Shown: piece by piece, positions 56,041 through 64,000 of the stretch | Layout of the letters: each line of letters starts with the position of its first letter | How positions within the stretch are numbered: the stretch's first letter is position 1 | NCBI GenBank assembly: GCA_016206085.1 | Contig: JACQSF010000005.1 | Location: 1,337-65,336, forward strand | From: Candidatus Uhrbacteria bacterium | GTDB taxonomy: Bacteria; Patescibacteriota; Patescibacteriia; UBA9934; GWF2-40-263 | Length of the DNA stretch: 64,000 bases | Reading direction: 5' to 3' | Program-made: the position numbers and the translations under genes | The notes under the pieces: model-generated | What the model saw: only the letters and a program-made list of their open reading frames with translations | Databases searched by the model: none | Told to the model about the DNA's origin: nothing

Positions 56041-57546
56041 CTAGAGACTCTTTAGATAACTCAACAATGTTCGCACGCCATGTCCCGTTGCTCCTTTTCT
56101 TGTGTAAGGATCAATCTCGCGCTCGGCATAGGCGGGCCCAGCGATATCCAAGTGCGCCCATGGCGTTTTATCGACGAACTCTTCAAGGAATAAACCGGCA
56201 GTCAGTGCTCCTCCCCAACGTGCTCCGATATTCTGCATATCCGCGACTTCACTCTTGAGAAGTTTCCGATAATTTTTCTCCAGCGGCAAGCGCCACATTT
56301 TTTCTCCTACCGACGCTGATGCCTCAAGCAGTTTTGATGAGAGCTCGTCGTTGTTAGACATCAGACCCGTGATCTCCTCGCCCAGCGCCACCATGCACGC
56401 CCCTGTCAGTGTGGCGAGATCAATAATCGCTTGTGGCTTTTGTTTGTTTGCATACGTCAATGTATCCGCCAAAGTAAGCCGACCCTCCGCATCGGTATTC
56501 AAAACTTCTATCGTCTTCTTATTCATGACGGTAAGAACATCACCAGGACGGATCGCTTTGCCGCTGGGCATATTTTCGACTGCCCCAAAAATTCCGTGTA
56601 CTTCGCATGCAGGCGCCATATCTGCGATCACAGAAAACACCCCAAGCACGGCAGCCGCTCCAGCCATATCACACTTCATCGTCATCATGCTGTCAGCAGG
56701 TTTGAGCGAGAGACCACCTGAATCAAACGTGACGGCCTTTCCAACAATGGCGACGCGTTTTTTTGTTGCTTTCTTTGGTTTGTACACCATGTGCACAAGA
56801 TAGGGCGGATGATCTGAACCCTTGGCAACACCCAAGAGACCACCTGCTCCCATACGTGTGAGCGTAAAACGATCATGCACTCGAATACGAAGTGATCCCT
56901 TTCCCTTCACGATCTGCTTTGCCGTCTCAACGAGTTTCTCTGGATACATGTCCTGTGCCGGCGTGTTCACAAGATCACGCGCAAACAGAGTGCCACGAGC
57001 CATGCGTTCACCCAATAGGACTCCCAACGTCGCTTGTCGGACGTCTTGTCCTTGATGAGAAACAATATCGAAACGTTGAACCTCGCTTTTTTCTTTTTTT
57101 GAAGAACGATACTTGTCAAAGTTGTACTGAGCGAGACGAACTCCTTCAACCATCGCCTGGGCACATTCGCTCGCTTTCAATCCACCAGCCTCAGCTCCAT
57201 GAAGAATCGAAACAACCGATTTCACCCCAAGCCCCTTGGCGACATTCAGACTCGCCGCCGCTGCTTGTCGAACCGCCTCCAAATCAAACTCCTCTTTCTT
57301 TCCGAGTCCGACAACCAAAACGCGTTTCGCGGGAATCTTCCCATTCGTGCGCATCAAAAACGTCGCCCCGAGCTTTGCCTTGAATGAATCTTCTTTCATG
57401 AACTTCTCCAGGTCCCCTCGCAGGGCTCCATTGACCGTGCCCGTAGCACCTCTTAATCCTTTCGCACCAAAAAAAATGTTAACCACGAGCATCTCGCAAG
57501 ATTGTTGAGTCAGATCTCCCTTTCGTGCGGAAATTACCATACACAA
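56041..57546 (-). CDS. pepA: leucyl aminopeptidase (M17)
   Basis: VGKAVTFDSGGLSLKP, MKCDMAGAAAV and NTDAEGRLTLAD. Confidence 0.9.
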   Translation of the reverse strand: MCMVISARKGDLTQQSCEMLVVNIFFGAKGLRGATGTVNGALRGDLEKFMKEDSFKAKLGATFLMRTNGKIPAKRVLVVGLGKKEEFDLEAVRQAAAASLNVAKGLGVKSVVSILHGAEAGGLKASECAQAMVEGVRLAQYNFDKYRSSKKEKSEVQRFDIVSHQGQDVRQATLGVLLGERMARGTLFARDLVNTPAQDMYPEKLVETAKQIVKGKGSLRIRVHDRFTLTRMGAGGLLGVAKGSDHPPYLVHMVYKPKKATKKRVAIVGKAVTFDSGGLSLKPADSMMTMKCDMAGAAAVLGVFSVIADMAPACEVHGIFGAVENMPSGKAIRPGDVLTVMNKKTIEVLNTDAEGRLTLADTLTYANKQKPQAIIDLATLTGACMVALGEEITGLMSNNDELSSKLLEASASVGEKMWRLPLEKNYRKLLKSEVADMQNIGARWGGALTAGLFLEEFVDKTPWAHLDIAGPAYAEREIDPYTRKGATGHGVRTLLSYLKSL

Positions 57547-57573
57547 AAAAACTAGACTGTTATGAAGCCTAGT

Positions 57574-57927
57574 CTACCCAAAAGGTTCATTCACGGCAAA
57601 GCCGTACACAAATGGAAGCGTCATGAACAAGAAAAAGATGATAGACACAAGAAAAAACCAAAACACACGGTCACGCCAATGCGAAACGTCACGACCTCGC
57701 CAAAAGGCCGTGGCAATCAACAACGTCGTAAAGTAGGCTCCAAGCACATCCACATACAATCCTGAGATAGGTCCTATGTCTGGATTGAGCGTCACCCATT
57801 GTGCAATCGTATCCGATTTGAAAATGAGAAGATTGTCAATCCATGCTGCGTGAAGAGCCGACGAAGCAGCGAGGATGGCAGCGAGGGCAAAAGACTCGTG
57901 GATCCGTTGTTTGAACAAGCTCATCAT
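57574..57927 (-). CDS. hypothetical membrane protein
   Basis: A 117-aa protein with about 3-4 TM helices. No recognised motif. Confidence 0.4.
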   Translation of the reverse strand: MMSLFKQRIHESFALAAILAASSALHAAWIDNLLIFKSDTIAQWVTLNPDIGPISGLYVDVLGAYFTTLLIATAFWRGRDVSHWRDRVFWFFLVSIIFFLFMTLPFVYGFAVNEPFG

Positions 57928-57928
57928 A

Positions 57929-58405
57929 CTAAATCATCGATTCAATAAGAATTGCCATGAGACCCGCAAAGCTGATCGCGATGGAGAGAAGGACTACCGT
58001 GCGATACATCCTGGCGTGAGGAGAGGCAATTTTCTCACGATACACAAACAAGATAAGAAGAGCTGTTGTTGTGAGAACGAGAGGTAATTGAAAGAGAAGC
58101 CAACGATGCGTTGAAAGAGCCTCAGACAAGGAAGCAAAGTCTCCAAACGTGTAGGAAGGCGTCGCTGCCGCGCTGAATTCGATCGCAACCGTCCCAAGCA
58201 AGAGAAACAAAATAACAAACAAGACACCGATGAGTGGTTGGACAACATGGGTCTTGGATCCAACCAGAAGACTTAACGTAAACGCCGAACCAAACAACAA
58301 AACAGTGAGACCAAAAAGCATCTGTCCAGGATGAATGAGGTCAAGCAAGAGCGTACTATCCATAGCGTCACTATTGTACAAGAATTGACGTGAAGATGGA
58401 ATCAC
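57929..58405 (-). CDS. hypothetical membrane protein
   Basis: A 158-aa protein with about 5 TM helices, 1 nt from the downstream gene. Confidence 0.4.
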   Translation of the reverse strand: MIPSSRQFLYNSDAMDSTLLLDLIHPGQMLFGLTVLLFGSAFTLSLLVGSKTHVVQPLIGVLFVILFLLLGTVAIEFSAAATPSYTFGDFASLSEALSTHRWLLFQLPLVLTTTALLILFVYREKIASPHARMYRTVVLLSIAISFAGLMAILIESMI

Positions 58406-58536
58406 GATATACTCACAGCTGAAAACTTATTTCAATGTATGCCTGGTAAACGCAAACAAATCATGACGGCGTGGAAAGCGGCACGCAAGGTGCAACTCGC
58501 CAACAGCCGCAAAGCCAAGGCCAAACGTCTTAGCAA

Positions 58537-58570
58537 AACAGAACGAACGTCTCAAGACGTTCGTTCTGTT
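58537..58570 (-). terminator. terminator hairpin after the glycosidase-like gene
   Basis: A perfect 15-bp stem, aacagaacgaacgtc-tcaa-gacgttcgttctgtt, with ttttg on the minus strand. Confidence 0.55.
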
Positions 58571-60155
58571 ATGATCCTGTTACTTCAACCGAAATCCGTT
58601 GACCACGCAACAGAATCCCCTCAAGTTTTATGTCCTCGTTTGGAACATGTTTGGTTGTATAATGGCCATCAAGATCTGGATCCAGACCAAGTCCGTATCG
58701 GATAAAGCTGACAATTGGATGAACGGACCAGGCTTGTTGGTCACCACCATCAAGATCAACGGGCGAGACGTGTTCGGGAAGCACGCGACCAGAACCCTGT
58801 TCCTCGTTAAACGTCCACCAGCGCGTCAGTGGGTAGTACCAATCCTTGTTCCCGTACTTCAGTCGTGCCCCTGCATTGATGCCATCAAGAAACGGCCAGT
58901 CCGTTCCGTTTTGATAATCATACGGCGTAAATCCCTCATACAGTGGCCAAGCGTTGAGCACTCCCCAATCACCATGAGCGATATCCTCATTCCTTGCACT
59001 TTCAAGCGTCTTTAACGTTTCAAATAGTCGATCACGTTGTGTGACACTCGCTACGTCATACAGAATCGCCATGGCTGACTCGTTCGTGACACGTTCTTCA
59101 CAGACACGATTTTCACATCGCTCATAGTAGTATCCTCCCTCTTCGTTCCAAAAAAGCCGATTTAACTGAAAGCGAACCAACAAAGACTGACGATGGAATG
59201 CCTTCGCGTGTGCGGGTTCCTTGATCGCTTCGGAAAGTTCAACTAAATCGCGCAAAGCCTTGTAATACAACACTTCATTTGAAAAAACTTCTCCTCCTCG
59301 TGGGATGGAATCAAGCCAATCCTGTAATGAATCGGCTTTTTTCTCAGGTAACATGTTCCCATTTGTATCCTTCATCGAGAGCCACGTCATGGCGTCTTCC
59401 ATCGCGGAAAATATCGTTCGTCCATTGACACGTTCAAGTAAAATGGAGGTGTCTGCGGTCCATGCCACATAGTCGCGCACAAGCATAACAAAATACGGTC
59501 CAGAATCAACGTGATCCACCCACAAAGGAAGTTTCGTTCCCGTGGGCTCAACCGAAATCGCGCTAGGTGTGCTTCCATTGGCTTCGATCCCACGCGCGAG
59601 GAGTAAAATCTGGTCGCGAATGACGTAGGGTTCAATCATGAGAATGAGTCCGCTCGACCAATACGTATCTCGATAGTATACGCGAGCTGGCGAGCGATAC
59701 TTGGGTCCAGCGGTCACATAGCGACCTCCGGCGTCCGTCTCTTGGATGCTCTCAAGAGCCACATCCAGGGAATCCTCGAACATCTGTACAAGGGTCTGAT
59801 CCTGTGAAATGAGCGTCGGTCGCTCAAACGACGTATCAACAGCGACGACAGGAGAATGTTCGTACACCGCCTCGGACGCAACAGCAATCAGCAGTGTGTT
59901 GGTCGCCCGAATGATTGTCGCCCATTCTTGTCCCACCTTTACAGCCGGCTTCCCGTTGCTATTCAAAAAATTCTTTCCCGAAATCAAAAAAAGTGACTGA
60001 CACGTGAGATCAGTTGGACAGACAAGCGAACGTTCAACCCCGGTTACGGTCACATCCAAAAACTCCATCGATTCCGCTCGTGTAACCGACGGAAACAAAA
60101 AGAGGAGGATCATCCCAATACTCCACAGCCATTTCATACACAGGTAGTGTAACAA
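58569..60155 (-). CDS. secreted (alpha/alpha)6-barrel glycoside-hydrolase-like protein (debranching/GH63/MGH1-like; family not resolved)
   Basis: Signal peptide. RDTYWSSGLILM, DWGVLNAWPLYEG and YQNGTDWPFLDGINA resemble six-hairpin glycosidases. Confidence 0.45.
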   Translation of the reverse strand: MLHYLCMKWLWSIGMILLFLFPSVTRAESMEFLDVTVTGVERSLVCPTDLTCQSLFLISGKNFLNSNGKPAVKVGQEWATIIRATNTLLIAVASEAVYEHSPVVAVDTSFERPTLISQDQTLVQMFEDSLDVALESIQETDAGGRYVTAGPKYRSPARVYYRDTYWSSGLILMIEPYVIRDQILLLARGIEANGSTPSAISVEPTGTKLPLWVDHVDSGPYFVMLVRDYVAWTADTSILLERVNGRTIFSAMEDAMTWLSMKDTNGNMLPEKKADSLQDWLDSIPRGGEVFSNEVLYYKALRDLVELSEAIKEPAHAKAFHRQSLLVRFQLNRLFWNEEGGYYYERCENRVCEERVTNESAMAILYDVASVTQRDRLFETLKTLESARNEDIAHGDWGVLNAWPLYEGFTPYDYQNGTDWPFLDGINAGARLKYGNKDWYYPLTRWWTFNEEQGSGRVLPEHVSPVDLDGGDQQAWSVHPIVSFIRYGLGLDPDLDGHYTTKHVPNEDIKLEGILLRGQRISVEVTGS

Positions 60156-60188
60156 ATTCTGATAGACTGCTGTGTATAACCAAACCCT

Positions 60189-61109
60189 ATGAAAAAAATA
60201 CTCATTTTTCTTTCTCTTCTGCTGTTTGCAGGTCTCGGTTGCGCCCCCACGACCGTATCGTTAGCGGACGACTTTAAACCGGTTGAAGGGAAGGCTTCGT
60301 CGCCAACCGGAGAAGACTCCTCCAAAGAGGGACCCTATGAACGCCGGGTGATGACCGCCATCTCCTACGATGGTCTCTCATACACAGAAAACGGAACCTG
60401 GATTGCTGATCAAGCTCATGTCCCAGATGCGGTGATAAAAAACGACACCATCTATCTCTATTACACTGGATGGATCGTCGGTGATCACCTCAACACCAGC
60501 GCGGTGGCGATCTCAGAGGATCAAGGACAAACGTGGACATATAAGTACGTAAATCTAGAAAATGCTGGATCGATCGATCGACTCGTAGACCCTGACATTG
60601 TATTGCTTGAGGATGGCACCTTCCGTCTCTTCTTCACGGCTGGGAACCCGCAAGGAATCCATTACGCCGAAGGCACGGATGGAATCACGTTTGCGTACAT
60701 GGGATCCATCTTCGCCCAAACAGATGACATCGCGATTGACTCGACAACCATAAAAATAGGCGACACGTGGCATATGTATGCTCTGTCGGGAGAAGGAATC
60801 AATCGTCTGTGGCACCTCACGAGTACTGACGGTCTCTCCTTCACCGTCTACGACCTGATCAGTTTCCCCAATGCGGGTGTCCCTTCCATGCCCTCAAACG
60901 GAATCTGGATCGACAATAAATTTTATCTCTTCCTGTACGCCGCGGACGGTTCGATTGGATCCATGTGGACGAAGAACGGCTTTGATTGGTACCCAAGCGA
61001 GCAGACACATCTACAACCAACGGAGAACGAGCTGTACGTGAAAGACCCAACCGTCGTTCAACTCGACAATGGTCAGAATCTCATGTTCTACGTCACGAAT
61101 ATTCCTTAA
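60189..61109 (+). CDS. lipoprotein with BNR/Asp-box beta-propeller (sialidase/GH-like)
   Basis: Lipobox LLFAGLGC. Asp-box SEDQGQTW, a second degenerate box STDGLSF, and repeated DP..V...G.F.LF strands. Confidence 0.5.
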   Translation: MKKILIFLSLLLFAGLGCAPTTVSLADDFKPVEGKASSPTGEDSSKEGPYERRVMTAISYDGLSYTENGTWIADQAHVPDAVIKNDTIYLYYTGWIVGDHLNTSAVAISEDQGQTWTYKYVNLENAGSIDRLVDPDIVLLEDGTFRLFFTAGNPQGIHYAEGTDGITFAYMGSIFAQTDDIAIDSTTIKIGDTWHMYALSGEGINRLWHLTSTDGLSFTVYDLISFPNAGVPSMPSNGIWIDNKFYLFLYAADGSIGSMWTKNGFDWYPSEQTHLQPTENELYVKDPTVVQLDNGQNLMFYVTNIP

Positions 61110-61136
61110 AAAACATCCCCAGACGGGGATGTTTTT
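61109..61136. terminator. bidirectional terminator between convergent genes
   Basis: aaaaacatcccc-agac-ggggatgttttt, a perfect 12-bp stem. Confidence 0.6.
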
Positions 61137-61719
61137 ATTTCAACGTTCCTTCAAGGATATGTTCGGCTGGAGCTGGGTTTGCGTCGTCTAACTCCAGCGT
61201 AAGAACAAAGAAATCGTGATCAGAAAAGTCAGTACTGGTGAGATAGACCATGGTGTATCCCTTCTGTGTTTTCTGTGCACGACCCAGAGAAAAAACCGCA
61301 AGCTCCCCCTCTCGACGAACAAGCCAGGCCTCATAAAAATACTCAGACGAGGGCTCTGGAAGATTTCCCATTTCAGCGATCAGCGTGAATGTCCCCTGCG
61401 CAAACGTTGCCTGGGCAATCCCAAATCCTTCACCGCCCGTGACATCGGCAAGAGCGGCAGACCGCCAGTCTTTCACATTCGTCTCAAGATAGGTGGTGAG
61501 ATCCCCAGGGGAGCGGCCAAACGAATCCCCCTCACGTGTGGCAGAAGCCATCGCCGCTATCTCTCCTTCATCCATTATGAGATCATTCTCTCGCGCTTCC
61601 GCCAAAATAGAGGTTCGGTCAATTGTGGAGACCCTTTGTGCGTCCTGTGCGGAGGGGTTCCCCCAACATCCAGCCCCCGTAAAAAGGATCGCCATAACCA
61701 AAAAAGCAAGCTGTTTCAT
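61135..61719 (-). CDS. hypothetical lipoprotein (C-terminal region resembles the anti-sigma-K RskA extracytoplasmic domain)
   Basis: Lipobox LFTGAGC after MKQLAFLVMAI. YEAWLV...FFVLTLELDDANPAPAEHILEG resembles the RskA C-terminus. The call is weak. Confidence 0.35.
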   Translation of the reverse strand: MKQLAFLVMAILFTGAGCWGNPSAQDAQRVSTIDRTSILAEARENDLIMDEGEIAAMASATREGDSFGRSPGDLTTYLETNVKDWRSAALADVTGGEGFGIAQATFAQGTFTLIAEMGNLPEPSSEYFYEAWLVRREGELAVFSLGRAQKTQKGYTMVYLTSTDFSDHDFFVLTLELDDANPAPAEHILEGTLK

Positions 61720-61743
61720 AGCGCCGGCAGTATAGCAGGACAT

Positions 61744-62520
61744 CTAGAGATAATCCAAGAGGCGTTCATATTGAAAAAGACCAAGCAATCGATACGCCCA
61801 AGAGAGCCAAAGACCAAGTTGATCGGTGAGCAATAGGATCCCTAGGGTAATCAAGAGAATACCCCCAATCGTTGAAACATAGGGGAGCACGACAGAAAGT
61901 CGATGAATGGTCTGTGTGGCATGACCGACCCCCCAGGCGATGAGTAAAAATGGAATTGCCAACCCAAGCGAAAAAACACTCAAGAGAAAAGTCCCTTGCC
62001 ACGCAGTTGCGGTGGAAGAGGCAAGGAACAAAATTGAACCCAGGATGGGGCCCACACACGGTGTCCACCCAAACGCGAACGTCGCACCGAAGATGAATGA
62101 GCTTGAGGGTGTTCCTGGTTTGAGTGAATATAGCAAACGGAAATGATGTTCAGAAGAGAGAGCGGCTCGCAGTACCAAAATTCGATCAAAGACCCCGACC
62201 AAGTACAAGCCAAAAAATAGAATAAAAACCCCACCAATCTTTATCAAGACACGTTGATACATGACAAGGGCTGCCCCCCCGATGCCAAACAAAAGACCAA
62301 GCAGGATAAACACCAGACTGAATCCAAGAACATAAAATACGCCGTTGAGTAGCACTCGACGACGAATAACGGCGGCGAGTCTTGGATCACGCATGTCTTT
62401 CGCGCTTGCGCCGCTGATAAATCCTAAATAGGCCGGGACCAGTGGTAGTGTGCAAGGCGCAAGGAACGTCAGGATCCCGGCGATGAAGGCGGGAATAATG
62501 AGAGCGGATGTATCAATCAT
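61744..62520 (-). CDS. ccdA: CcdA/DsbD-family transmembrane thiol-disulfide electron transporter
   Basis: FLAPCTLPLVPAYLGFISG and the second half-site GWTPCVGPILGSIL. Confidence 0.8.
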   Translation of the reverse strand: MIDTSALIIPAFIAGILTFLAPCTLPLVPAYLGFISGASAKDMRDPRLAAVIRRRVLLNGVFYVLGFSLVFILLGLLFGIGGAALVMYQRVLIKIGGVFILFFGLYLVGVFDRILVLRAALSSEHHFRLLYSLKPGTPSSSFIFGATFAFGWTPCVGPILGSILFLASSTATAWQGTFLLSVFSLGLAIPFLLIAWGVGHATQTIHRLSVVLPYVSTIGGILLITLGILLLTDQLGLWLSWAYRLLGLFQYERLLDYL

Positions 62521-62523
62521 AAA

Positions 62524-63537
62524 CTAATTGGTGATCCAGGGGGAAGGAAACTGCTTGTTCCTCAAACGATGCTCGAAAAACTGTCCAATCGTAATTGCGA
62601 TCAGAAGCATCAACGCATAGATTTTCAAAAAGGAAATAAGCGAAAGCTCTGTTCCCGCAGGAAGGGATCCCAAAATAAAAGCTGAGTACCACGAGACAAT
62701 AGAGATTGGTCCCAAAACAAACGCGAAACGTCGAGCCAGTACAAGCTCCCCTACTTTATGCTTGTGTGGTTGGGCAAAGGTAATCTTCGCAAGCTTAGGA
62801 GCGATAGAGAGATTGAGAAATGCCCCGTTGACGATGATCACACTAACCACAATAATCTTGGCAAGAAATTTAGGACTGTCATTGTAGGATACGGCTTGAG
62901 GGAGATAGAGAGCAAAACCAGTAATCACCATGAGACACAACGCAAACCAAATGAACTGGGAAAGAGTTGAAAAGACGTCAGACTCCTCCTGTGAGATACG
63001 CAGATCCCTGAGGAAACGCAAGAAGAAGATATCGGTGAGTGTTGCGGCACCCAAACCAAGAGCCATAAACAGGATATGCAGGACAAGGATGATGGGTCGA
63101 AACTCCAAAAGAATTGGGAGAACCACCTCACGCCCACCGACAATCGCAATCAGGAAGATACTCAAACAAAGGGCGGCGGAAAACAAACACCAAGTGCAGA
63201 TCTTTTTGAGGACAACTAATTGAATGAACGTGAGGTACAACGAAAACAAGAAAGCGATGGTTGAGGCAAGAAGGAGGGAGGGTTCCAACCAGTCAAACAG
63301 GACTGGTGAGGCAACCACCAGGCCGTGTCCAATCAGTAGGCCGGCATAGTACGTGATTCCGATCAGCTCAACTGGCACACCGAGGAATTTTGAAAATTCG
63401 CTGTGAATGACTTCAGCACAGTTGCCACGAAGCGGACAGATAAATGGTTGCTGGTGTGTCTGTTTTTTGTTGTACAGATACAGAGCCAGGAGAAGCCCAC
63501 CCAGGGCAAAAATGGAAATGAAGAGGGATTCAATCAT
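62524..63537 (-). CDS. VKOR-family protein with a C-terminal extension of about 190 aa and multiple TM helices
   Basis: Loop cysteines CPLRGNC, GVPVELIGITYY, and the active-site CTWC at the start of a TM helix. A further roughly 5 TM helices replace the usual Trx-like fusion. Confidence 0.6.
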   Translation of the reverse strand: MIESLFISIFALGGLLLALYLYNKKQTHQQPFICPLRGNCAEVIHSEFSKFLGVPVELIGITYYAGLLIGHGLVVASPVLFDWLEPSLLLASTIAFLFSLYLTFIQLVVLKKICTWCLFSAALCLSIFLIAIVGGREVVLPILLEFRPIILVLHILFMALGLGAATLTDIFFLRFLRDLRISQEESDVFSTLSQFIWFALCLMVITGFALYLPQAVSYNDSPKFLAKIIVVSVIIVNGAFLNLSIAPKLAKITFAQPHKHKVGELVLARRFAFVLGPISIVSWYSAFILGSLPAGTELSLISFLKIYALMLLIAITIGQFFEHRLRNKQFPSPWITN

Positions 63538-63555
63538 ACGAAAATCGTGAATCGT

Positions 63556-64000
63556 TCAACCGTTTCGGCTTGGGTAAAGATACAGAGTGATACACAGACT
63601 GAGCGCCGCGGCAAAAAAACACCAGACACTCGTAAATGCTTCTTCATAAAAAAACCAAGCGACGGAAGCGGAAAGTAACGTAGCTGCCCCAAACCATTGA
63701 ATGAATCGACTAGATGACATGAACAACGCACCGACCGTGACACTGATATAGAGGATGATTCCAGCGGTCTCAAACGGGGCACTAATCCGATAAGAAATAC
63801 TGTTGTGAATCACTTCCACATCCAACGACTGCGTAAAGAGTACAACCAGGAGATAGAATGATCCGATCGAACCAAAAAGCAGAAGAGAGCGAAGCATGCA
63901 CTTACGTTTGGGGTTTCGTTCATGAATCCACACGGCGAGTGGAATATAAACCGGCCAAAGAATAAACGCAAAGAATAAAAATCCATACGCAAGACTCTCG
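63556..64000 (-). CDS. hypothetical membrane protein, 5'-partial (reading frame stays open to the window edge)
   Basis: The track ORF starts at GTG 63933. The same frame upstream translates without a stop as ESLAYGFLFFAFILWPVYIPLAV, which is hydrophobic. Confidence 0.4.
   Translation of the reverse strand, partial: ESLAYGFLFFAFILWPVYIPLAVWIHERNPKRKCMLRSLLLFGSIGSFYLLVVLFTQSLDVEVIHNSISYRISAPFETAGIILYISVTVGALFMSSSRFIQWFGAATLLSASVAWFFYEEAFTSVWCFFAAALSLCITLYLYPSRNG

Noticed and set aside
58439-58705. 88-aa basic small ORF on the plus strand (MPGKRKQIMTAWKAARK...)
   Set aside because: It runs straight through a perfect 15-bp terminator hairpin and then antisense into the glycosidase-like gene. 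At best only the first ~35 codons could be real, and there is no supporting RBS.

Overview
This 64-kb window has moderate GC, estimated by eye at the high 40s percent. Gene density is very high and roughly nine of every ten genes lie on the minus strand. The content looks like a small-genome, CPR/Patescibacteria-like bacterium; that placement is an inference from domain-reduced housekeeping proteins and several short GC-rich hairpin repeat families.

Features from left to right:
- A partial IS3-family insertion sequence, followed by an AT-rich single-ORF cassette.
- A surface-polysaccharide locus with an O-antigen-ligase-like protein, two GT2 enzymes, one GT4 enzyme and a Wzx-like flippase.
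- The distal part of the ribosomal protein/rpoA cluster: infA, rpmJ, rpsM, rpsK, rpsD, rpoA, rplQ, rplM and rpsI.
- alaS, murJ and a CARDB/TSP3/PKD surface protein.
- RNA methyltransferases, era, mnmA, an HD phosphohydrolase and uppP.
- A TraD/VirD4-like ATPase with its membrane partner.
- secDF.
- A six-gene complex-I / group-4-hydrogenase-like operon.
- A complete F-type ATP synthase operon (atpZ-like, then atpBEFHAGDC).
- A strongly GC-rich orphan island.
- tatD, cvpA, metG and rsmI; SPFH and DUF3179 proteins; a thiol-redox cluster (Prx, Grx, 2Fe-2S ferredoxin); and pepA.
- Two glycosidase-like genes.
- A CcdA/VKOR pair.

No rRNA, tRNA or CRISPR array was seen.

Most notable observations:
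1. The hydrogenase/complex-I-like module has lost essentially all metal-ligand motifs in both catalytic subunits.
2. A roughly 3.5-kb compositionally foreign island holds two divergent orphan genes, followed by a 130-nt rod-like hairpin and two long palindromes.
3. SecD carries tandem parvulin (PPIase)-like domains inserted in its periplasmic head.
4. A soluble TraD/VirD4-like ATPase ends in two CxxC-x17-CxxC zinc ribbons and is paired with a two-TM protein.
5. A two-copy hairpin element has an identical apical sequence but different basal stems.
6. Short repeat families occur both in intergenic spacers and in frame inside genes.
7. rpoA lacks the alpha C-terminal domain.

All calls rest on reading the supplied translations and the nucleotide sequence. 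No database search was run.
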